DNA of 64,000 bases. Origin: Dehalococcoidia bacterium (GTDB lineage Bacteria > Chloroflexota > Dehalococcoidia > DSTF01 > JACRBR01). The notes beneath the pieces are model-generated. The model saw nothing but the letters and a program-made list of their open reading frames with translations. It searched no databases and was not told the DNA's origin. A program made the translations under genes and the position numbers. Shown here piece by piece: positions 52,293 through 61,304 of the stretch (within the stretch, counting starts at the first letter, position 1; each line of letters begins with the position of its first letter). The stretch is taken from positions 1,430-65,429 of the forward strand of contig JAJTXQ010000021.1 in NCBI GenBank assembly GCA_021462855.1. The letters run 5' to 3'.

Positions 52293-53620
52293 CAGTACGC
52301 CTTCCTTGCCGGGCTCGCCAGGTTGCGCGCGGCGTAGAACACCGCCAGCAGCGCGCAGATCGCGCCGACGATGAAGAACACCGGCGTCACGCCGATCCCG
52401 TCGGCGAGCAGCCCCGTCAGCAGGATGGGCGGGATCGACGCCAGGTTCGTCAGCACCGACTGCGCCGCGAACACGCGCCCCTGCATCTCCCGCGGGATGC
52501 GCTCGTTGACGGTCGTGCGCCCGACGACGTTCACGAACGTGAACGCGAACGCCAGCGCGGCCGCGATCGCCATCGTCATGACGATGCGGGCGGTGCCTTC
52601 GCCGAACGGTCCCGGGTCGAACGCGCCCGCCGGGTTCCACCGCGCCAGCGCGTCGCCGAACCGGTGGATGAACGCCAGCAGCATGACGCCGGCGACAAGC
52701 GCGCCGAACGACCCGCCGACGCTCCACCACGGCGACACGCGGCCCGACAACCCCCGCACAAACCGCAGCGCCAGCCAGATGCCAAGCGCCGCCGGCGTGA
52801 CGACGAAGATCGCGTTCTCCGCGGTGATGCCGAGCACCTGCGTCGCGTAGCGCGGCAGCAGCGTCACGACGACGAGCCCCGTCGTGTTCGCCAGCACGAC
52901 GATCACCACGCTGATGTACGACACGGAGTCCGCCGTCAGCCGCTGCCACGCCTGCGCGAACCGCTCGCGCGTGTCGCCGATCGTGATCTGCACGTCGCTC
53001 ACCGGCCCGCCGAGACCCTCGACGAGCAGGAACTGGAACGCCGCGGCAAGGAACAGCGCGGCGCAGACGAACGCCAGCGGCGGCGCGCCGACCGTCTTCA
53101 GAAAGATCGCCGGCAGCAGCATCAGCCCGGCGACCTGCGCGATCAGCCCGCCGAGGTTGTTCAGTGAGTTCGCCGCCGTGTAGTCCGCCGGCTCGACGAT
53201 CGCCGGCAACGCGGCCGACTCCGCCGGGCCCGACACCTGCGACGCGACCGCGAAGCCCACGGCGATCAGGTAGATCATCACGACGTTGTCGGTCGAGATC
53301 GCCAGCAGCAGGCAGAGCGCCGCGCGCAACGCGTTCGTGCCGCCGAGCACCAGCCCCTTCGGCGCGCGGTCAACGATCGCGCCCGACAGCGTGCCGAGCA
53401 GCGCGCTCGGCGCGATGTACGCCACCACGAACAGGCTGCTCGAAAAGCTGCGCCCCGTCGCGTTCACCACGAGGATCAACATGGTGTAGATGACGGCGTT
53501 CACCGGGACGTGCGAGAGCAGGCGCGCGAGCCACAGGCGGCGGTACGCCTCGTTCTCGAACAGCGCGCGCTCGCCGACAAGAGCGGACAGCCGCAGCATG
53601 GCCGTCCGCGTATCGGCCAT
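52292..53620 (-). CDS. MFS transporter, paralog 1 of a tandem pair
   Basis: 12 TM segments, ATG (MADTRTAML). The C-terminal block (…IPREMQGRVFAAQSVL…) is shared with paralog 2. Confidence 0.7.
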   Translation of the reverse strand: MADTRTAMLRLSALVGERALFENEAYRRLWLARLLSHVPVNAVIYTMLILVVNATGRSFSSSLFVVAYIAPSALLGTLSGAIVDRAPKGLVLGGTNALRAALCLLLAISTDNVVMIYLIAVGFAVASQVSGPAESAALPAIVEPADYTAANSLNNLGGLIAQVAGLMLLPAIFLKTVGAPPLAFVCAALFLAAAFQFLLVEGLGGPVSDVQITIGDTRERFAQAWQRLTADSVSYISVVIVVLANTTGLVVVTLLPRYATQVLGITAENAIFVVTPAALGIWLALRFVRGLSGRVSPWWSVGGSFGALVAGVMLLAFIHRFGDALARWNPAGAFDPGPFGEGTARIVMTMAIAAALAFAFTFVNVVGRTTVNERIPREMQGRVFAAQSVLTNLASIPPILLTGLLADGIGVTPVFFIVGAICALLAVFYAARNLASPARKAY

Positions 53621-53856
53621 CAATCCCGCTCCAGCGCGATACGCACCTGCTCCGGGTCGGGCTCCGGCCCGCGCTCGAGGATCGCCTTCAGCCGCTTCTC
53701 CAGCGTCCGCCGGTCCAGCAGCACGCGGTGTCCGCACGTGCCGCAGCGGATGCCGATGTCCGCGCCGAGGCGCACGACCTCCCACTCGTAGCCGCCGCAC
53801 GGGTGCGGCTTGCGCAGCCGGAGCCGGTCGCCCATGCGGAAGTCGACGATCTCGCT
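53620..53856 (-). CDS. DUF951 family small protein
   Basis: 78 aa carrying the DUF951 hallmark (LRKPHPCGGYEWEVVRLGADIGIRCGTCGHRVLL). Confidence 0.6.
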   Translation of the reverse strand, partial: SEIVDFRMGDRLRLRKPHPCGGYEWEVVRLGADIGIRCGTCGHRVLLDRRTLEKRLKAILERGPEPDPEQVRIALERD

Positions 53857-54686
53857 CATGGCGCCCCGCGCGCGGCCACCGTGTCGCGCACGGCGTTGAT
53901 CTCGTCGCGCAGCGCCTGCGCCGCCGCGCGCGCCGCCTGCGCGAAGTCCGCGCCCTTCGACGCATACGTCCCCCCGCGCGATGCGTTGACCAGCAGCCCC
54001 GCGCCGCGGGCGTCGAGCCCCGCCGAGACCGTGGCGGCCAGCGAGCCCTGCTGCGCGCCCACGCCCGGCGCCAGGAACGGCATCCCCGGACACAGCGCGC
54101 GCACCCGGCGCATCTCCTCCGGGTACGTCGCGCCGACGACGAGGCCGGCGTTGCCGTGCCGGTCCCACGCTCGCACGCGCCCGGCGACGACTTCGTACAG
54201 CGGCCGCGCGCCGCCCTCGGTCTGCACGGCCAGGTCCTGCAGGTCGCCCGCTCCCGGGTTCGACGTGCGGCAGAGGACGAACGCGCCCTTCTCCGGCCGC
54301 TCGAGCCACGGCGCCACCGAGTCGTGCCCGAGGTACGGGCTCACGGTGACCGCGTCGAACCCCAGGTCGTCGTAGAACGCGCGGACGTACGCGCGCGCCG
54401 TGTGCTCGACATCGCCGCGCTTGGCATCGGCGAGCTTGATGACGTGCGGCGGCATCGCGGCGAGGATGCGGCGCAGCGCCTCGTAGCCGCGCTCGGGGCC
54501 GAGCGCCTCGTAGAACGCGACGTTCGGCTTGAAGGCGCAGACGAGGTCCGCGGTGGCCTCGACAATCGCGATGTTGAACGCGGCGACATCGGCGATCGCC
54601 ATCTGCGCCGGGTCCGGGTCAAGGCCGACGCAAAGGAGGCTGCCGCTGCGCTCCCATGCCGCTTCGAGCTTCGTCCTGAAGTTCAC
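53856..54686 (-). CDS. pyrF: Orotidine 5'-phosphate decarboxylase (type 2)
   Basis: Long-form PyrF motifs (LCVGLDP; KLADAKRGD; conserved C-terminal block). Confidence 0.85.
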   Translation of the reverse strand: MNFRTKLEAAWERSGSLLCVGLDPDPAQMAIADVAAFNIAIVEATADLVCAFKPNVAFYEALGPERGYEALRRILAAMPPHVIKLADAKRGDVEHTARAYVRAFYDDLGFDAVTVSPYLGHDSVAPWLERPEKGAFVLCRTSNPGAGDLQDLAVQTEGGARPLYEVVAGRVRAWDRHGNAGLVVGATYPEEMRRVRALCPGMPFLAPGVGAQQGSLAATVSAGLDARGAGLLVNASRGGTYASKGADFAQAARAAAQALRDEINAVRDTVAARGAP

Positions 54687-55501
54687 GTCGCCGTCCCCTG
54701 CGGCATCGATGCGCCTTCGGGCACGCGCGCGCCGGCATCGCGCAGGCGGTCGCGGATCGCGGCGAAGGCGCCGCTGTCGCCGCTGGTAAGGTACCGCACG
54801 GCGCCGCCGGCCGTGCGCGGGTTGCGCAGCCCGCGCTCATCGAGCACGCGCGCCGCCTGCCGCGCCACCGCCGCCGACGGCTCGAGCACGTCGATCCCCG
54901 CGCCCGCTTCCTCCTCGATCACGCCGCGAAGAAAGGCGTAGTGCGTGCACCCCAGCGCGATCGCATCGACGCCTGCGGCGACCGCCGGCCCGACGTAGCC
55001 GCGGACCAGCGCGCGCGTCGTCTCGCCGCGCAGGTCGCCGCCCTCGACGCGCTCGGCCAGCCCGGGCGCGGCGACGACCCGCACTGACACCTCGGCGCCG
55101 TGCCGGTCGATGAGCGCGGCGAGCTTCTCGCCCTTCGCCGTCGCCCTGGTGACGAGCAGCGCCACCTTGCCGGTGGCCGTGCGCTCCGCGGCCGGCTTCA
55201 GCGCCGGCTCCATGCCGACGAACGGGAGGTCGAGCGTCGCGCGCAGGTGCGCGATCGCCGCGCTCGTCGCTGTGTTGCAGGCGACGATGATGATCTTCGC
55301 GCCCAGCGCCATCAGCGCCCGCGAGACCGCCTCGGCGCGCGCGCGTACTTCTTCGACAGGCCGGTCGCCGTACGGGAACCACGCGGAGTCGGCGTAGTAG
55401 AGGATGTCCTCGCCGGGGAGCAGGCTCGCGACCTCGGCCAGCACGGCGAGGCCGCCGACGCCGGAGTCGAAGACGCCAATCGGTGAGTCAGGTCCCGGCA
55501 T
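54683..55501 (-). CDS. murI: Glutamate racemase
   Basis: Internal ATG (MPGPDSPIGVFDSGVGGL). Motifs (YYADSAWFPYG; VACNTAT; GCTHYAFL). The upstream ORF extension is spurious. Confidence 0.85.
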   Translation of the reverse strand: MPGPDSPIGVFDSGVGGLAVLAEVASLLPGEDILYYADSAWFPYGDRPVEEVRARAEAVSRALMALGAKIIIVACNTATSAAIAHLRATLDLPFVGMEPALKPAAERTATGKVALLVTRATAKGEKLAALIDRHGAEVSVRVVAAPGLAERVEGGDLRGETTRALVRGYVGPAVAAGVDAIALGCTHYAFLRGVIEEEAGAGIDVLEPSAAVARQAARVLDERGLRNPRTAGGAVRYLTSGDSGAFAAIRDRLRDAGARVPEGASMPQGTAT

Positions 55502-55547
55502 GCACGCAGATCGTACGTTCCCCGGATCGATCCGTCTACCCCGGCCG

Positions 55548-56015
55548 TCAGGCCAGATGCGGGAAGAGGAACTGCAGGTAATCGAGGTCGCCGGGCGAGT
55601 GCCCACGCTCCGTCAGGATCACGGCGATCTCCGCGCGGTGCTGGATGCCGTGGTAGACGACCTGGAAGATCATCTGCCCGACGCGGCCGGTGTCGGCGTA
55701 GCCCCACTGCGCCCACCACGGCTCGGCGTGGTCCCAGCCCCCGTCGGTCAGCGCGTGCGCGAATGCAAGAAGATCGGCGTCGGAGCGCGCAAACTGCGCG
55801 CGCATCTCCGCGAGTGGCCACGCAGCGGGCTCGGCGAATGCGCCGTGCGTCCAGTTGGCGAGCCACCAGCGCTGCGTCGCCAGCGTATGGCGCAGCGTAT
55901 CGGCGATCTGCGCGTACGCGTCGGGCGTGAGTCCCCCGGCGGCGGCGAGGATGCGTTCGTTCGCCCAGGCGTTGTACCCGATCATCGACCGCGCATGGTC
56001 GGCAAGCGTGGTCAT
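55548..56015 (-). CDS. DinB-family (DinB_2) metal-dependent protein
   Basis: AGGAGG 8 nt upstream of the ATG (MTTLADHARSMIGYNAWANERIL). His-triad positions typical of the DinB fold. Confidence 0.65.
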   Translation of the reverse strand: MTTLADHARSMIGYNAWANERILAAAGGLTPDAYAQIADTLRHTLATQRWWLANWTHGAFAEPAAWPLAEMRAQFARSDADLLAFAHALTDGGWDHAEPWWAQWGYADTGRVGQMIFQVVYHGIQHRAEIAVILTERGHSPGDLDYLQFLFPHLA

Positions 56016-56046
56016 GTCGTGAGCCTCCTGCTCCGCCGACCGTGCG

Positions 56047-56513
56047 TCAATCGCACTCGACGCGGAACACCGGGTACCTGCCGGCGATCGCCTCGATCTC
56101 GCCCATCGCCGCGTCGGGCGCGAGACCGAAATAGAGGCGCGCGGATTGCTCTGGCGAGCGGCTGAACGCGCGCTTCGACATGTACGCCTTGAGCACTGGC
56201 GCGCGGCCGGACTGCGGCACATCGGTCAGCGTCACCGCGCGCCCGCCCGCGCCGGCGGATGTGCGCGTCCGCCCGCCGCGCGTACGTTGCGCACCCAGTC
56301 CGATTCACCCGCCAGCGAGACGATGTACCGCGCGCCGCCGTGCTCGACCCATGTCACAACGCTCGATCGCGGCTTGCCGCTGCGCCGCCCACGCGCTTCG
56401 ACCGTCACGGTGTCCGATGGCGTGAGCCCCATCGTCGCGAGCCACGAGACCACGCGGTTGATCTGCCGCGATACGAATGAGGGCCCCCGCCGCCCGCCTC
56501 CGCCCTGCGTCAT
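56047..56513 (-). pseudogene. Deazaflavin (F420)-dependent nitroreductase family (DUF385/Ddn-like) gene, split by a +/-1 frameshift near 56230-56260
   Basis: The N-terminal part (MTQGGGG…WVRNVRAAGGRAH) and C-terminal part (VTLTDVPQSGRAPVLKAYM…YFGLAPDAAMGEIEAIAGRYPVFRVECD) lie in adjacent frames. The junction sits in a GC-repetitive tract (gcgggcgggcgcgcgg). GGAAGGAG RBS precedes the ATG at 56513. Confidence 0.5.
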
Positions 56514-56914
56514 GCGCCGACTCCTTCCTGCACCCACCGTTCGATGCGGAGCGCCATCGTCAGGCGCGGCGCCCAGTTGACGCTGCCGTACTGCGGGTAC
56601 TTCGCGCGGATGCGCTCCCACGCGGCGTCCTGCTCCGCGCCCGCGATCGGCGTCGCGATGCAGTGCAGCACCACCTTGCGCAGTTTCGACCAGTCGTCGT
56701 CGTAGTCATCGATCAGCACGGCGGCGCGCGGGTTGGCGCGGAGCGCGCGCGCCGTCACCGACTCCGGCCCGAGGTCGACGGCCAGCGTGCGGTCGCCGTC
56801 GAACACCGGGCACACCGGGATCACGTGCGGCGCGCCGCCCGCGCCGGCGGTCGCGATGCGGCACACGCGCGCCTCCCCGATGTACCTGCGGATGTGGTCG
56901 GGGATGGGGTTCAT
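56510..56914 (-). CDS. Pyridoxamine 5'-phosphate oxidase-like (PPOX class, probably F420-dependent) family protein
   Basis: 134-aa split-barrel motif set (CRIATAGAGGAPHVIPVCPVFDG…AAVLIDDYDDDWSKLRKVVLHC). The start follows the upstream stop after 2 nt. Confidence 0.65.
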   Translation of the reverse strand: MNPIPDHIRRYIGEARVCRIATAGAGGAPHVIPVCPVFDGDRTLAVDLGPESVTARALRANPRAAVLIDDYDDDWSKLRKVVLHCIATPIAGAEQDAAWERIRAKYPQYGSVNWAPRLTMALRIERWVQEGVGA

Positions 56915-56916
56915 CC

Positions 56917-58191
56917 TCACCCCGCGGCGCGGTCGAGGGCGCGGCCGAAGCGCATCACCGCCTCGGCGATGTCGGCTTCCGCCACATTGCTGTAGCACAT
57001 GCGGATGAAGTTCGCGCCGGCGCCGTTGTCGAAGAACGCGCGCCCGCCGACGACGAGCACACCCTCCTCGTGCGCCGCATCGGCCAGCGCCTTCGGGTCG
57101 ATGCCATCCCCGAGTTCGAGCCATATGAAGAAGCCGCCCTGCGGCACGCTCCAGCGCGCGCGCGACGCGCAACGTTCCTCGAGCGCGGCGAGCATGGCGT
57201 CGCGCTTCCGGCGGTAGATCTCGATCACCCGCGGGATGTGCGCGTCGTAGCGGCCCGACGCGCAGTACTCGGCCAGCACACGCGAGGTCCACGGCGACAC
57301 GCCCATGTCGAACCGCATGCGGGTCACGGCGTCGATGACCGGCTTCGCTCCCATGATCCAGCCGACGCGCAGGCCCGTCGCCAGCGTCTTGCTGAACGTG
57401 CCGACCAGCACGGCGCCATCCCCTCCGGCGAGCGTGAACAGCGACGGCAGCGGCGACGAGCCGAAGCTGATCGCGCCATACGCGTCGTCCTGCACGATCA
57501 GCACGCCCTCGCGGCGGCAGATGTTGACTACGCGCTTGCGCCGCTCGAGCGTCAGCGTCGCCGCCGCCGGGTTATGGAAGTTGGCGATCGTGTACAAGAG
57601 CTTCACGCGCTTGCCGGCGGCCTTCGCCGCGGCGATCGCGCGTTCCAGGTCATCGGGCAGCAGGCCGTCGTCGTCCATCGCCACACCTTCGATGTCGGCC
57701 AGGCACGACTTGATCGTGCGCGTGCTGCCGGCGAATGTCGGCCGCTCAACGATCGCGACATCGCCGGGATCGAGCAGCGCCTCGCAGAGGTTTTCGATCC
57801 CGCCCGCGGAGCCGCACGTCAGCACGAAGTGCTGCGCGCCGAGGTCCGTGCCCTCGCGCCGGTTGATGTCGCTCGCCAGCCACTCGCGCAGGCCGCCGTA
57901 GCCTTGCGGTCCGCCGTACATCAGCGCCAGCTCGCCTTCGCGGCGCAGTACGCGCTCGTTACAGGCGATCAGGTCGTCGACCGGCAGCGAGGCGGGATCG
58001 GGGACGCCGCCGGTGAGCATGATCGGCGCGACCTTGCTCGGCGGCATCTGGCGCGTCGCCCACGGGCTCCACTCCATCGCCCTCCCGCGGAGCGACTGCG
58101 CCTGGTCGATGTCGTACGCGTGCTGAGCCGCGTCGCCGGCGGTGGCGGCGGCGATCCACGGCGGCACCTCCTGCTGGTCGCGCGAGGTCAC
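56917..58191 (-). CDS. PLP-dependent aminotransferase (class I/II fold)
   Basis: PLP-lysine block (FSKTLATGLRVGW) and about 420 aa of aminotransferase fold. ATGA overlap with the upstream hydratase gene. Confidence 0.75.
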   Translation of the reverse strand: MTSRDQQEVPPWIAAATAGDAAQHAYDIDQAQSLRGRAMEWSPWATRQMPPSKVAPIMLTGGVPDPASLPVDDLIACNERVLRREGELALMYGGPQGYGGLREWLASDINRREGTDLGAQHFVLTCGSAGGIENLCEALLDPGDVAIVERPTFAGSTRTIKSCLADIEGVAMDDDGLLPDDLERAIAAAKAAGKRVKLLYTIANFHNPAAATLTLERRKRVVNICRREGVLIVQDDAYGAISFGSSPLPSLFTLAGGDGAVLVGTFSKTLATGLRVGWIMGAKPVIDAVTRMRFDMGVSPWTSRVLAEYCASGRYDAHIPRVIEIYRRKRDAMLAALEERCASRARWSVPQGGFFIWLELGDGIDPKALADAAHEEGVLVVGGRAFFDNGAGANFIRMCYSNVAEADIAEAVMRFGRALDRAAG

Positions 58192-58949
58192 GGCTTGCCC
58201 CCGGCGCCGCCCTTCGCGACGCGCGCCGCCGCCGCTTTGAACCGCTCGTGGTGCTCCGTCGACTGGCGCAGGCCGGCGTTGTGCGTGGCCTCCGTGCGGT
58301 GGCCTTCGTCGGCTTCCGTCGCACGGTCGACCGTCTCCTTCGTCGCGATGAGCGCGGGCAGCGAGTTCGCCCCGATCAGCCGCGCCATCGCCATCGCCTC
58401 ATCGAACACGCTCGCCGAAGGCGCGACGGCGTTGACCAGGCCGATACGCAGCGCCTCCTCGGCGCGGACGACGCGCGCGGTGAACAGCAGCTCCTTCGCC
58501 ACGGCCGGCCCGACGATGCGCGGCAGTTGCGCGCCGCCCACGACGAGCCCGTACGCCGCGCCCGGAAACCGGAACGCCGCCGTCTCGGACGCCACGCGGA
58601 TGTCACAGGTGATCGCCAGCAGCGCGCCGCCGCCGTAGGCGATGCCGTTGATGCAGGCGATCAGCGGCTTGCGAAACCGCGCGATGCGGGCGAGCGCGGC
58701 GCCCATCCCCTCGCTGCGGCCGGCCGCGTCCATCGTCTCGACGGCCTCTGCCATGTCGGCGCCGGCGCTGAACGCGACGTCGGTGCCCGTCAGCACGACG
58801 ACGTGGACTGCGTCATCGGCGTCGAACGCGTCGATGGCGTCGAGGACGCCGCGGGTCAACTCGCGGTTGAACGCGTTGTGCTTGTCGGCGCGGTTCATGC
58901 GGACGACACCGACGGCGCCGTCCCGCTCCGTGGTCACGATGTCGGGCAT
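58188..58949 (-). CDS. Enoyl-CoA hydratase/isomerase (crotonase) family protein
   Basis: Crotonase motifs (VVVLTGTDVAFSAGADM; CINGIAYGGGALLA). Confidence 0.85.
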   Translation of the reverse strand: MPDIVTTERDGAVGVVRMNRADKHNAFNRELTRGVLDAIDAFDADDAVHVVVLTGTDVAFSAGADMAEAVETMDAAGRSEGMGAALARIARFRKPLIACINGIAYGGGALLAITCDIRVASETAAFRFPGAAYGLVVGGAQLPRIVGPAVAKELLFTARVVRAEEALRIGLVNAVAPSASVFDEAMAMARLIGANSLPALIATKETVDRATEADEGHRTEATHNAGLRQSTEHHERFKAAAARVAKGGAGGKP

Positions 58950-59022
58950 GCCCCGATTCTACTGCACGGTTCGCCGCGGGCCATGTATGCTGGGCCCCAC
59001 GCATCAGCAGGGAGGATCAGCT

Positions 59023-59364
59023 ATGGCCAAGTACGTCGTCCTCTACAAGTTCACCGCCGAGGGTGCGCGGAATATCCGCGACACGATCAAGCGGACGGGG
59101 CGGATCCGGCAGGACAACGCCCGCGCGGGGTTCAAGGTGATCGAGGTGCTGTGGACGCAGGGCGCCTACGACATGGTCGCCCTCGTCGACGCGCCGTCCG
59201 AGGAGGCGATGATGGGCGCCATGCTCAACGTCGTCAGCGCCGGCAACGTGACGAGCACCCCCCTCCGCGCCTTCGACGCGATGGAGATGGGGCGGATCCT
59301 GGCCAACACGCTGCCGCTCTCGCAGGCGCCGCCGCCGGCGAAGAAGCGCGCCGCGAAGAAGTAG
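59023..59364 (+). CDS. GYD domain-containing protein
   Basis: GGGAGGA RBS and the characteristic N-terminus (MAKYVVLYKFTAEG…GNVTSTPLRAF). Confidence 0.65.
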   Translation: MAKYVVLYKFTAEGARNIRDTIKRTGRIRQDNARAGFKVIEVLWTQGAYDMVALVDAPSEEAMMGAMLNVVSAGNVTSTPLRAFDAMEMGRILANTLPLSQAPPPAKKRAAKK

Positions 59365-59415
59365 CTCCGCCGCGCCGGGTACACGGCTTCGGGAGTGGTC
59401 TGCGGCCCGCGATCC

Positions 59416-59444
59416 TTTACGTGCACGTAAACGTCTGATACAAT
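59416..59444 (+). promoter_or_regulatory. Perfect 16-bp palindrome TTTACGTGCACGTAAA abutting an extended -10 (TGaTACAAT), 10 nt upstream of the ABC exporter ATG. Near-leaderless promoter with operator.
   Basis: Palindrome and TGnTACAAT read directly. The ATG at 59455 lies about 4 nt past the predicted transcription start, and no SD is present. Confidence 0.5.
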
Positions 59445-59454
59445 CGCCGAAGCC

Positions 59455-61302
59455 ATGAAGTCCCGTATGCCAATCCCCATCAGGCTGCTCAAGTACGCGC
59501 TGCCGTACCGCGGCCGCGTCCTCGCCGTCGCGCTGTCGCTGACCGGGCTCGTGACATTCCAGCTGCTCGGCCCGCAGCTCGTGTCATACGCCATCGACAC
59601 CGGCCTGAAGGTGCGTGTCGACGACGGCGTGCAGGTGGCCGGCGGCAGCACCCGCACACTGCTCATCGCCGCCGCGCTGATCGTCGCCGCCGCGCTGGCC
59701 CGCGGCATGTTCCAGTACTGGCAGACGTTCAACGGCGAATGGCTCGCGCAGCACACCGCCTACGACATCCGCAACGACATCTACAACCACCTGCAGCGGC
59801 TGAGCTTCGCCTACCACGACCGCGCGCAGACCGGCCAGATCATGCAGCGGGCGACGCAGGACGTCGAGGGCGTGCGCATGTTCGTGAGCATGGGCGCCAT
59901 CCGCCTCGTGTACGTCGCGGTGCTGCTCGTCACCACGCTGACGCTGATGGTGCGCACCGACCTCTGGCTGGCGCTGCTGTCGTGGGCGTTCATCCCGCCG
60001 ACGGCGATCCTGGCCGTGCGGTTCACGACGCAGCTGCGCCCGATCATGATCCGCGGGCAGGAACTGCAGGGCGAGCTCGGTGTCGTGCTGCAGGAAAATC
60101 TCACCGGCATGCGCGTCGTGAAGGCGTTCGGGCGCGAGCTGTTCGAGCGCGACAAGTTCGACCGCGAGGCGACGAAGCTGTTCGAGACATCGTACGCCGG
60201 CAACCGGCTGATGGCGCGCTACACGCCGCTGATGACCGGCATCTGGTCGTTCGCCATGGTCGCGACGGCGTGGTACGGCGCGCACCGCATCACGTCGGGC
60301 GCGCTCACACCCGGCGAGCTCGCGAAGTTCATGCTCTACCTGACGATGCTGCAGCTGCCCGTCCGCAGCATCGGCTTCATCAACATGTTCTGGGCGCGCG
60401 CGCAGTCGTCGGGCCAGCGCATCTACGACATCCTCGACGCCGAGTCGGCGGTGAAGGAGAAGCCCGGCGCCGCCGAGCTCGCGCGCGTCGCCGGCCACGT
60501 TCGGTTCGAGGATGTGTCGTTCGGCTACGATGCGATCAGCCCCGTGCTCCGCCACGTCGACATCGAAGCGCACCCCGGCGAGGTCGTCGCGCTGCTCGGG
60601 CAGACGGGCTCCGGCAAGACCACCGTCGTCAACCTCATGCCACGGTTCTACGACGTCACCGGCGGCGCGATCACCATCGACGGCATCGACATCCGCGACG
60701 CGACGCTGGCGTCGCTGCGGCGCGCCTTCGGCATCGTGCAGCAGGACGTGTTCCTCTTCTCGGCCACCATCGGCGAGAACATCGCCTACGGCGCCCACGA
60801 GGCCTCGCGCGACGACGTGGTGCGGGTCGCGAGGCTCGCGCGCATCCACGACTTCATCGAAACGCTGCCCGACGGCTACGACACGTGGGTCGGCGAGCGC
60901 GGCATCACGCTCTCCGGCGGGCAGAAACAGCGCATCTCGATCGCCCGCACGCTGCTGCTCGACCCGAAGATCCTCGTGTTCGACGACTCGACCTCGAGCG
61001 TCGACACGCAGACCGAGTACGACATCCAGCGCGCGATGGCGGAGCTGATGAAGGGCCGCACGACGTTCGTCATCGCCCAGCGGCTGCGCACGGTGCGTTC
61101 CGCCGACCAGATCCTCGTGCTCAAGGATGGCCAGATCGTCCAGCGCGGCCGCCACGAGGAGCTGATCGAGCAGGCCGGCCCCTACCGGCAGATCTACGAC
61201 CTCGAGCTGCGCGACCAGGAAGAGGCCTACGAGCGCGAGCGCCGGCGCGTGGACGCGCTCGTCCCGGGTGAGGGCGTCGCGGTCGCCGGGGGCGGAGGCT
61301 AG
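59455..61302 (+). CDS. ABC exporter (type I, MsbA-like), fused permease and ATPase. First of a heterodimeric pair.
   Basis: Six-TM domain then an NBD with Walker A (GQTGSGKTT), signature (LSGGQKQRISIAR), Walker B (LVFDDSTSSVD). Confidence 0.85.
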   Translation: MKSRMPIPIRLLKYALPYRGRVLAVALSLTGLVTFQLLGPQLVSYAIDTGLKVRVDDGVQVAGGSTRTLLIAAALIVAAALARGMFQYWQTFNGEWLAQHTAYDIRNDIYNHLQRLSFAYHDRAQTGQIMQRATQDVEGVRMFVSMGAIRLVYVAVLLVTTLTLMVRTDLWLALLSWAFIPPTAILAVRFTTQLRPIMIRGQELQGELGVVLQENLTGMRVVKAFGRELFERDKFDREATKLFETSYAGNRLMARYTPLMTGIWSFAMVATAWYGAHRITSGALTPGELAKFMLYLTMLQLPVRSIGFINMFWARAQSSGQRIYDILDAESAVKEKPGAAELARVAGHVRFEDVSFGYDAISPVLRHVDIEAHPGEVVALLGQTGSGKTTVVNLMPRFYDVTGGAITIDGIDIRDATLASLRRAFGIVQQDVFLFSATIGENIAYGAHEASRDDVVRVARLARIHDFIETLPDGYDTWVGERGITLSGGQKQRISIARTLLLDPKILVFDDSTSSVDTQTEYDIQRAMAELMKGRTTFVIAQRLRTVRSADQILVLKDGQIVQRGRHEELIEQAGPYRQIYDLELRDQEEAYERERRRVDALVPGEGVAVAGGGG

Positions 61303-61304
61303 TC

